Shown here: positions 49,202-58,030 of the stretch, in pieces
Layout: each line of letters begins with the position of its first letter
Numbering within the stretch: the stretch's first letter is position 1
Source: Prasinococcaceae sp. CCMP 1430
Lineage: Eukaryota > Plantae > Prasinodermophyta
DNA: 64,000 bases
Reading direction: 5' to 3'
Assembly: GCA_013416795.1 (NCBI GenBank)
Contig: RQSC01000030.1
Location: 133,760 to 197,759 of the forward strand
Translations under genes and position numbers: made by a program
The notes under the pieces: model-generated
Told to the model about the DNA's origin: nothing
Seen by the model: only the letters and a program-made list of their open reading frames with translations
The model's database searches: none

Positions 49202-49838
49202 ACACACACACCACCACAAATGCGCGCAACGCTGACGACCTCGCGCCACCCCCGCCTCCTTCCCACCTCTTCCCCGTGCCTGTCGCGCTCGCGCTCACGC
49301 CGTTCCTCCTGCGCGCACCCACAGCTACCGCGAGCAGGAGCTCATGCACGCCCGCTGGGCCATGCTCGGCGTCGCTGGCGTGATCAGCTCGGAGACCCTC
49401 GCGGGCGTGCCGTGGTTCAAGGCTGGCGAGGAGCTCATCTCGGACAACGGCCTGGACTTCCTCGGCAACCCCTCGCTCATCCACGCGCAGAACGTGGTTG
49501 CGACGCTCCTCGTGCAGGTTACTCTGATGGGCGCCGCGGAGGCGTTCCGCGTGGGCGGCGGCCCCGTGCCGCCTTTCGAGGGCAGCATGTACCCGGGCGG
49601 CAACTTCGACCCCCTGGGCCTGGGTGAGGACCCCGAGGCGCTGGCGGAGCTCAAGGTGAAGGAGATCAAGAACGGCCGCCTCGCCATGTTCGCCATGCTG
49701 GGTGTGTTCGTGCAGGCTATCTACACGGGCGAGGGCCCCATGGCCAACCTCGCTGCGCACCAGGCTGACCCTACCCACGTCAACGGCTTCATGTACTTCG
49801 ACAAGTTCACGCCGGGCTCGGGCAGCATCCGCCCGTAA
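48707..49838 (+). CDS. LHCB: Light-harvesting chlorophyll a/b protein, major LHCII (LhcbM/Lhcb1-3) type; transit-peptide exon missing
   Basis: Exons 48707-48833 and 49325-49838. [96 protein letters not shown]. Confidence 0.95.
49164..49201. repeat. C38 homopolymer in the LHCB intron
   Basis: Uninterrupted run of C followed by a CA repeat. Confidence 0.9.
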
Positions 49839-50104
49839 AGCGCGCGCTGCTGCCGCTGGGGTGTGGGTTCTGTAACGCTTGGGAGAAATATAATTGACAC
49901 GTGGACTGGCGACGCCGCACGCGGGTGCGATGCGCTGCGACGCGCGGGCGAGCGGGCGCATCGCCGAGTGCGAGGGCGCGCACCGAGTCGAAGGAGCCGG
50001 ATGGGACCTGCGCTTACACTCCGACACGCACGCGAGCGCGCGAGCGGCGTCTGCGTGTGCGCGCCACGGCCACGGATGGCGCGCCCCAGCTGTAGCGGCG
50101 CGGC

Positions 50105-52369
50105 TCAGTCGAGCGCGCCTCGGGCATCTTCGGCGAGCACGCGCTCGAACGCGGCTTCCACCGCACCCTCGTCGAACTCGGCCTCGTCTGTAAGCTGCGC
50201 AATCGCGGCGCGCGCCACGGCGAGCTGCCAAGCGCGCTCGCGCGCAGCCGTGCGAGCCCGCTTTTGGCGGTCGCGATCGCCGGCCCTCGCGGAATTCCAT
50301 GGGGTCGGGCGATTCGTTCCGGCGTGCTCAGCCAGGGCCGCGTCGAGCGCCAGTCGCCGCTTGCGGCCGATGACCTCCAGCGACGCGCTCGAGAAGTTGC
50401 CGAGCGCGCAGGTCGTCCCCTCCTTCATCGCAGGCATCTGCCCCTCGGCGAGGTTGTCGAGCGCCAGCACGAGGCGACGCACACGCCCACGCCGATACGC
50501 CGACTGGAAGGTCAACACGGCCTGCAGCGTGCGCTGTGCGCGCCTGCGGCCGTTGTACGCGCGCACCGCGCGCTGGCACACCACCAGCGCCCGCGGCTGC
50601 TGGTGCGTGAATTCTGACACCAGCTGCTCGCATCTCGCAATCGACAGGATTCGGACCGGGACGAAGCCGTCCGAAGGCTCTGTGCGGGCCTTGCTGTCAG
50701 CCTTGCTGCGTGCCCCGACGCTCGCATCGGAGCGCGAGCGGCGCAGTGCGGCGTCGCCGCCCCTGCCGGCTCTGCCATCGGAGCGCGAGCGGCGCAGTGC
50801 GGCGTCGCCGCCCCTGCCGGCTTTGCCATGATGCGCCTCGACGCGTGCGACGAGCGCCTCCGCACATTCGCTCGCGATCCCAATGATGTCGTGCAGCAGC
50901 GCCCCGCGCACGGCGTCTGTCGTCCCCAACCGCCTCGTCAGCGAGAGCCCCGAGTACCGAAAAGCCGCCGCGCTCGCTGCCGTCGTGCCCCTCGTGGCAC
51001 TGGCCAGATTATCATACATTTTCGTGCCCCTGGAGTCATCTGCGTTCACCTCGTCCATGTCGACGCCGATGTCCTTTGTCGTGCCGTAGTACGACCCTTT
51101 CGCCGACCCTCCGCCCACGAACGTTTGCGCCGCCGACTTCTGCGTCCGCGGCGACGGCTTTGGGCTCGTCCCTTCCGCCTTGTCGCCCTTGCGAGACGTG
51201 GCGACGAAGAGCCCCCACGGCTTCGAGCCGCCCGACATCGACGCCGCGCGCCCAGAGGGCGCCGACGTCGTCGACTGCGGCGGGTCATCGGAGGACAGGC
51301 TCGCCGATGCATCGTGAAACGCATCGTCGCCATCCTCGGAGTCGCGGTCGCGGCGGGACGTCATCAGCCGCGTGAGCGATTTGCTGGAAATTCCCGTGCG
51401 GTTGGCCAGCACATTGCGGCGCATGGCCATGCGCAACCCGAGGTCGTTGTGGGCGCGCTTCAATCGCTCGACGGCCAGACGCAGCCTCGCGGCGAGGTCT
51501 TGGGGCGACGGCGGCTGGCGGGGCGCCCCGGCCGCGTCGCCGCCTCGGGCGTCCTCGGCGTCGCCCTCGACCCCGTCGCCGCAGGTCGCCGCGCGACGCC
51601 GCCTGCTGCGAATGCGCTGGAAGAGCGCGTCCACGCGCAGACCCGACGGAAACTCGTCGTAATAGCGTCCTCCCTGGTCCTCGGCGGCGGCCTGGGCCTC
51701 TTCGGCGCTCATGGGCTTCCACGTGACGCTGCGTTGCTCGCCCCCTTGCCTCTCGCTCGAGTCGCTCCCCTCCTCCTCGCCTGCGTCTTCGCTCGTCGCG
51801 CCCGTCGACGCCGGTGTTTCTCGTGCCGCATCTCCCTCGCGCCTGCGCTGCTCGCGCGCTGCGCGCCACTCGATGCGTCGCCGACGCGCCTCATCAACCA
51901 GCCGCGCGCGGCGCTCGCGCTGCCTGCGCGTGAGATCCTCGAGCTTCGCGTACGCCTCCTCGATGCGACGCCCGGCGTCGACGGCGTCCGCCTCGCTGCC
52001 GCCGCCTCTACCGTCGCCCACGAGGCCCGCCCGCTGCGCAAGCTCGAGCACCTCGACGGCCGCCGCGGCGTATTCAAGCTCCAGCTGTCCGAGCGCCGCG
52101 CGGTGCTCGCGGCCGCTCCAGGCCTCCGTCTGCGTCACGATCTGCACCTCCGAGAACATGTCGAAGCGCCTGCTCTTGCGTCGGACCATGGCGTCCGCGC
52201 CTTTGCCGCCGCCGGCCGTGCGGTAGCACGCCGACAGGCACGCCCCCATGGCCCGGCCACTCGTGCGGCGCTCCGACCTGCCCCCTACAAGCCCCGCCGG
52301 GGCTGCAGCGCCCTCCGACGCGCGCCCGCGCGACAGGGCCGCCGCCGCGGCCCCGGCGTCGGAAGACAT
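50105..52369 (-). CDS. Hypothetical coiled-coil protein with IQ-like calmodulin-binding motifs and a possible N-myristoylation start
   Basis: Long single ORF with ATG 52369 or 52249 (MGACLSAC). IQ-like VVCQRAVRAYNGRR and LTFQSAYRRGRVRR; internal 17-aa duplication. Confidence 0.7.
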   Translation of the reverse strand: MSSDAGAAAAALSRGRASEGAAAPAGLVGGRSERRTSGRAMGACLSACYRTAGGGKGADAMVRRKSRRFDMFSEVQIVTQTEAWSGREHRAALGQLELEYAAAAVEVLELAQRAGLVGDGRGGGSEADAVDAGRRIEEAYAKLEDLTRRQRERRARLVDEARRRRIEWRAAREQRRREGDAARETPASTGATSEDAGEEEGSDSSERQGGEQRSVTWKPMSAEEAQAAAEDQGGRYYDEFPSGLRVDALFQRIRSRRRRAATCGDGVEGDAEDARGGDAAGAPRQPPSPQDLAARLRLAVERLKRAHNDLGLRMAMRRNVLANRTGISSKSLTRLMTSRRDRDSEDGDDAFHDASASLSSDDPPQSTTSAPSGRAASMSGGSKPWGLFVATSRKGDKAEGTSPKPSPRTQKSAAQTFVGGGSAKGSYYGTTKDIGVDMDEVNADDSRGTKMYDNLASATRGTTAASAAAFRYSGLSLTRRLGTTDAVRGALLHDIIGIASECAEALVARVEAHHGKAGRGGDAALRRSRSDGRAGRGGDAALRRSRSDASVGARSKADSKARTEPSDGFVPVRILSIARCEQLVSEFTHQQPRALVVCQRAVRAYNGRRRAQRTLQAVLTFQSAYRRGRVRRLVLALDNLAEGQMPAMKEGTTCALGNFSSASLEVIGRKRRLALDAALAEHAGTNRPTPWNSARAGDRDRQKRARTAARERAWQLAVARAAIAQLTDEAEFDEGAVEAAFERVLAEDARGALD
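50725..50829. repeat. 51-bp in-frame tandem duplication (GRAGRGGDAALRRSRSD x2)
   Basis: Period 51 nt with one c/t mismatch. Confidence 0.9.
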
Positions 52370-53376
52370 GGCACAGACCTGACGGGGCGCAGCAGCAGCG
52401 GAGTCAGCGCGGGCTCGGCGTCTCGCGACGAGCGCGTGGGGGCGGACGACGCCGGAGAGGGTCGCCGGCGCCCCGCTCACACACACGCTAAAAAAAAAAA
52501 TCAACGGCCGGAAATCGCGCGCGCGACGGGCACGCGAGCGCACCCTCGCGCCGCGCCCCGGCCGCGCGCGGGGCGCCCCACGTTCCCCCCTCCTCGCGAC
52601 GCGATCGCTCGTCTGAGTGCCCGAGCGACGCGGCGCTGCCGGGGAGGGGCGAGGGGCGGGGGGAGGCCGGAGGGCCGCGGCGCGCGCTTCCCGGCTGCCG
52701 CGTCGCGCGTCGCGCGCCAAAACCAAAAAAGCAAAAAGAAAAAAAGACACACACACGCACCAGAAAAAGAGCTGGCGGTTTGCGGGGACCCGCGGCGGCG
52801 CCCGCGCGGCGCCGCGGCGGCCGTGTCCGGTCGCACCCTAACTACGAATTCGCCGCGCCTCGCGCGCCGACTGGGCCCGCGGCGCCGCCCTCGCCCGCCT
52901 TGCACACGCACAGCCGCACCGCGACGACCGATGGGGGACGGCGACCGCCCCCTCACCTCATCCCACCCCTCCTATCCCGCCCCGCCCCGTCCCAGCACGC
53001 ACACGCGCACTCCAGCCATCGCTCACGCACCCGCGCGCACCTCTGCACCGGCCGGGGAATCAGCCGGCCGATCGCAGCACAGCCGCCGCGCCTCGGCTCC
53101 CAACGCGCGCGACCACACACGCGTACGGCGAACACACCCACACCCACATCCACACCCACACCCGCCCACACACGCGCGCGCGCACACACGCGCGCGCACG
53201 CACGCACGAACACACCCACGACCACACCCACCCACCCGCGCTCGCGCGCGCGAACGCGCACACCCCCCATCACACCCACCCACACATCGATCCACGCGGG
53301 CGCGCGCGCACGCGCGCGCGCCCCCCCACACACACTCCCATCCGCGTCGAGTCGGTCGGCCGGGGTCAGCCAACCG

Positions 53377-53424
53377 GCCAGCCAGCCAGCCAGCGAGTCG
53401 TCGGCCAGCCAGCCAGCCAGCCAG
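53377..53424. repeat. (GCCA)n tetranucleotide tracts in a CA-rich intergenic region
   Basis: Two gccagccagccag runs separated by cgagtcgtcg. Confidence 0.8.
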
Positions 53425-53938
53425 ACCGCGTGCGTACCCGCCGCACCGCGCCGTGTACCGCGCGCGCCGTTCGGGGAACCGCCGCGCACGCACGCACGCG
53501 CGCGCGCAGACAGACGGAGATTCCGGATCTGTCGCGCTCTTGCGGCGCGCATCCCCGTATTCGCTGCCGCGTCCGAATCGGGCGTCCCCGGAGTGACCGG
53601 GTCCGGCCACGAACCGAACCCGGGGGACGATGCCTGACTGACTTGACTGCCTGATGACCGCTCCGCCGGTATCTTTTTTCTTTTTTTTTTTCTTTTTTTC
53701 TTTTTCTTTTTAATTTTATTTTTTTGGCGCGATCTGTTGCGCGCTGCGATCGATGCGGGCCGGCGGGGCGCGCGCGCCCGCGTCAAACGGAACCCCCTTG
53801 CGCACGTCACATACCATTTCATTCACGCCCGAAATGGATTCCATTTTGAGATGGATTCCGGATGAAAACTCGTGGATTCCGCGCGCGCGCGCCGCCGCCG
53901 CGCGCCGTAGCTCTGCGGGCCGGCGCCGCGGGGCGCCN

Positions 53939-54223
53939 GGGCTCCGGCGCTGCCTGAAGCTCCGCCTCGGCCTTTGGCTCCGCCACTGTCTCCGGATCCA
54001 CCGTTGGCCCCGCCGTCGCCACCTCCTCGTCATCCACCTTCGCCTCCACCATCGCCTCCGCGGCTGCGACAATCGCAGCCGGCTCTGCTGCTGGCCTTGT
54101 TTCTGACACTGCGTGCTCTCGCCCGGCCTTGGGGCGCGGCTGCGCCGCGTCCGTCTCGGCTGCTGGCAGCGGCTCGGCCTCGCTGCCCGCCTCCCCTGCA
54201 CCCTCGGCCATTTCTACGGCCGC
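53939..54223 (-). CDS. Acidic Ala/Glu/Pro-rich exon fragment of an unknown gene, cut at the N at 53938
   Basis: AAVEMAEGAGEAGSEAEPLPAAETD..EAKVDDEEVATAGPTVDPETVAEPKAEAELQAAPEP after acceptor ggacag; low-complexity composition. Confidence 0.4.
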
Positions 54224-54360
54224 CTGTCCGACCACCCCTACCTACCCTCTCTTTCTACCCCACTCCTCCCGCGCCCCCGCCGCGAGGCTGTTAAGCGCCG
54301 CGCCCGGCCCGCCGCGCACCTCGGCGCCCGTGCTGACCGTGCCCGCCGCGCCGCGTGCAG

Positions 54361-55078
54361 AGGACACTGCAAGTCCATGAAGCCGGATTGGGACAAGCTC
54401 GGCGACAAGTATGCGGACTCTGACTCTATTCTCATCGGCGACGTGGACTGCACGTCGGACGGTGGCAAGCCGCTGTGCTCGAAGTACGGCGTCCGTGGCT
54501 ACCCCACGATCAAGACCTTCACGGGCAACCCCATGGGCGACGACTACAAGGGCGGCCGCAAGTACAACGACCTGCTCAAGCACGTCGAGACGAACATGGG
54601 CCCCTCGTGCGGGTACGTGCTCGCCGATCCCTAACCCACCCCACCCCACCCCACTCCAGCCTGCCTGCCCTGCCTTCGCCCGCCGCGCCCTGCGCCGTGG
54701 CGCGACAGCGTTCCGGCCCGTGTCCCGGGGGGCTCGTGCCGCAGCATGTGCGGGCCACTGACATGTGACTCTTTGCGCGCCCTCGGAACATCGGCGCACG
54801 CCAGCCCCGACCACAAGGACAAGTGCTCGGATGAGGAGCTGAAGGAGCTCGACGAGCTCCTCAAGATGTCGGCCGACGACCTCGACAAGCGCCTCAAGGA
54901 GACCCAGGCCGAGATGGACAAGCTCGGCACGGACTTCGAGGAGTTCGTCAAGGGCCTCCAGAAGTCGTACGAGGAGGCGCAGAGCACCAAGGAGGAGAAG
55001 GAGAACGCCCTCGCCCCCAAGCTCAAGATGCTCTTCGCCGCGGCCAAGGGCGCCAAGACGGGCAAGGACGAGCTCTAA
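54361..55078 (+). CDS. ER thioredoxin/PDI-like protein (Trx domain + coiled coil + KDEL), probable selenoprotein of EhSEP2 type; first exon missing
   Basis: Exons 54361-54612 and 54805-55078. (xx|A)GHCKSMKPDWDKLGDKY..LIGDVDCT..LCSKYGVRGYPTIK..YKGGR..MGPSCG|PDHKDKC..LKMLFAAAKGAKTGKDEL*. The codon before GHC ends in A, and a SECIS follows in the 3' UTR. Confidence 0.9.
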
Positions 55079-55190
55079 GCTGAGACGTCCCTCCTGATGA
55101 CAGCAGCAGCAAGCATTTCGCCTTATTTTCCGCACGAGACGTTTTCCGTGGCGCACCGGAGCAGCCGCGAAGCACACCCGAGGACAACCA

Positions 55191-55252
55191 GCGCACTCTC
55201 ATGACGCGCCGGCCCGAAAGCATCACGCTGGGCTGGCGCTGACAACTACGCG
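55191..55252 (+). promoter_or_regulatory. SECIS element (type II) in the 3' UTR
   Basis: ATGAC at 55201-55205; helix II gcgccggccc (55206-15) pairs with gggctggcgc (55230-39), 10 bp with one G-U; unpaired AAA at 55217-19; mini-stem gc..gc in the apical region; TGAC at 55240-43. Confidence 0.88.
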
Positions 55253-55446
55253 AGTCTCGCAAGAGCAGCTTCCCAATCCTGCCGCGAGACACGCACTCAT
55301 TGTGCCTACCTACCTCGAGGGGCTTCACGGCGTCGCGCCGGGGCACCGCCTCCGCCCTATTACCGCTGTTGCCATCTCGGCAGCGCGCCGCGCGCCGTAG
55401 CGGGGCCTCGCTGCCGGGGTCGCTCGGCCCTGTAAACGACGCCCTC

Positions 55447-56504
55447 CTATGGCGCACCTTCGACCGCGCAGACCCGCGCTCGCGTGCGCGCGCCGCGGTC
55501 CCGGGGCATGAGCAGCAGCGCCTCTCGCCGCGCGTGCATCGACTGCCCACGCGCCCGGGCATACTCGGTCGATGTGGCGTACGCCGCGCCTTCCGGATAC
55601 GCCACCGGTGGCGGCGAGCGCTGAACCTGTGATGGGGCGTGAGCCGCGTCGTCGACCTTAGCTCCGTCCTCGTCGCTTTCGGAGTGCAGCTCGCTCGCAA
55701 AGCTACGGTAAGTAGCCTCCCGTCGCTCCCCCTCTCGGGCTGCTCGTGCCAGAGCGCCCTCGCGGCGCCTCGCGGCCTTGTGCGAGCGTGCGCCATCGCA
55801 GGCCATCCAGTACGAAGGGTCAGCAAAAAGGTGCGCAGAGCCGTCCTGCGCTTGCGCGCGAGAGCATCGACCGCCGTCGACTTCGAGAAAGACGCTAGTG
55901 CGCGCGAGGCGCGCTCGGACGCTAGTAGTACGCTCGCGAGCGCGCACGCAGACCACTCTTTCGCTTGGCTCACCTTCTCAGGGCACATGGAGCTGTCGCT
56001 CACGACGAGCGGGCCGTCGTACAGCCTGTCGAAAACCGAGCGCGACACGTATTCGCTCGCTCGTGTGCCGCTCATCGGTGCGCGCGTGGCCCTTGGCACC
56101 GCGGATGCCGACGCTGGGCGGGGGCGGGGGCGGTGCTGTGCGTGGGGGAGCGTGTCCGTTGCCGGTGCGTGCGCGCGCCTCGCGTGCTCGGGCGGTGCTG
56201 AGCTCCTCCTCCGCCGCCGCTCTGCGGTGGGTGTTTGGGCGTCGCGCCGCGGAGGGCTGTGCGCGACGCGCGTTTTGCGCTTCTCAAACGACGACCACGC
56301 TCGCAGTTCGGCAAGACGTCGCGAACGCTCCTCCTCCCCGTGCGATGCGGCCATCCCGCTCCGGCTCGCCGCCGCGTTGCTCGCAGCCATCGCGCGCGCC
56401 GCCGCCGCGTAGCGTTCTTGTGCGCCCCATGCTGCGTCAAACGCCGCAGCGAACTCGTCTCCACCCTGTTGCGCTCCCTCTACCGCGCGAGAGCGCGCGT
56501 GCAT
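55447..56504 (-). CDS. Hypothetical protein
   Basis: Exons 56504-55974 and 55845-55447, joined by a phase-0 gtgagc..gcgcag intron. No family recognised. Confidence 0.55.
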
Positions 56505-56873
56505 GCCGCGCAGAAGCGCATCACCGACGCCAGGCGCCGCACCGCGGGGGCCCACGGCCACGCGAGAGGAGGGAGGGGCCGGGCAACAGAGCTGGCAGCG
56601 CCCCCAGCCCTTCCTCCCCTCTCCACCCTGCCCTGCTCTCTCTGCGATCCCTGCGCCGCCCACCAACCCACAGCAGAGCCCCCACAGCCCCACCGCTACC
56701 ACCACACGCGCGCGCGCGCGCGCTGCGCTCGCGCTGTGGCGCCGCCGGGTCGCGCCCGCCAGCGTGGCGTCCTGGGGGAACGCGCCGCGCGCGACGCATT
56801 CGGAGCGTGGCAAGAAGATATATGTACATTACAAATTGATATTATTCATACACACGGGAGAGTACTGCGCCGT

Positions 56874-56978
56874 CAGCCTGCTGCGGCGGCGAGCCTGCTG
56901 CCGGTGGCGGTGAGCCTGCTGCCGGCGGCGGCGAGCCTGCTGCCGGTGGCGGTGAGCCTGCTGCCGGTGGCGGCGAGC
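56874..56978. repeat. 21-bp minisatellite (4 full units plus partials)
   Basis: gagcctgctgccgg(t/c)ggcgg(t/c) at 56891, 56912, 56933 and 56954. Unit ends alternate ggt/ggc. No spacers. Confidence 0.92.
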
Positions 56979-57025
56979 GCGACAGCGGCGGGTGGCGAGG
57001 GTCGAGGACGCGCGAGAGGCGCGCG

Positions 57026-57537
57026 TCATCGACCGCTCACGGCCGCGGGAGCAGGGGCGCCGTGTCTGACGGCGTCGCGGGGCCGCCCACGTGGTCAGCG
57101 CGCGCCGGGGCGGCGCAGGCGGGCGCTGACGAGCAGCAGCGCGCACCGCCGCCGCGGCCCCCAGACGCGAAGCCAGTCCACCAGCACGCCTTCGAGCGCG
57201 CCGTTGTAGCGCGCTTCGATTCGCGTGTACGCCACCCAGCCCGGCAGCAGCGCGGCGGTCACCGCCAGGCTGTACAGCTTGCCGAAAGCCAGCAGGCCCG
57301 CAAGCCCGCCGAGCAGCGCAAGCGCGCCTGCCGCGGCCAGGACGAGCAACACGCGCTCGTGCGGCTTCCCCGCCGCACGCAGCGCCACGCGTAGCGCCGC
57401 AGCATCCGCTGCCTCGACGCCCAGACGCGCGGCTGCCTCGGCCTCCTCCGCGCGCGGCGGGTGGAGCGCGAACGGGCTCGCACAGCGCACGACCGCGCCC
57501 CACGGGTCGGCCCACTCGCCCAGCCGCGCGGCGGCCT
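57026..57537 (-). CDS. Small two-TM membrane protein, C-terminal part; 5' end in gap
   Basis: ERVLLVLAAAGALALLGGLAGLLAFGKLYSLAVTAALLPGWVAYTRIEARYNGALEGVLVDWLR, then a probable phase-2 intron 57146-57066 and a last exon 57065-57026. Confidence 0.55.
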
Positions 57538-58030
57538 NNNNNNNNNNNNNNNNNNNNNNNNNNNNNNNNNNNNNNNNNNNNNNNNNNNNNNNNNNNNNNN
57601 NNNNNNNNNNNNNNNNNNNNNNNNNNNNNNNNNNNNNNNNNNNNNNNNNNNNNNNNNNNNNNNNNNNNNNNNNNNNNNNNNNNNNNNNNNNNNNNNNNNN
57701 NNNNNNNNNNNNNNNNNNNNNNNNNNNNNNNNNNNNNNNNNNNNNNNNNNNNNNNNNNNNNNNNNCGCGCGCGAGCGAGCGAGCGGGAGGTGCGCGCGCG
57801 TGCGTGCGTGCGTGCGTGCGTGTGTGCGCGCGTGGGCGAACGGCGTTGGGGGGCGGCGGGCGAGGGGTGTGGCGGCGGGCATCATGAGGGCGTCGGCACG
57901 CGGCCCCAGGGCTCTGCGGCGCACGCCACGCAGCCCGTTGCCCGTCCGGGTGTGGCAGCGGCGGCGGCGGTGGCATTTGTCGCAGCGCGCGCTCTTCGTG
58001 CTTGGCGGATATTTCTCGTCCGTGCGGTGG

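Noticed and set aside
55097-55138. Second AUGA..AA..GA pattern just after the PDI stop codon
   Set aside because: No complementary helix II can be formed; only the 55201-55243 element folds as a SECIS.
56874-56978. Possible CRISPR array
   Set aside because: The units are head-to-tail with no unique spacers, there are no cas genes, and the context is eukaryotic.
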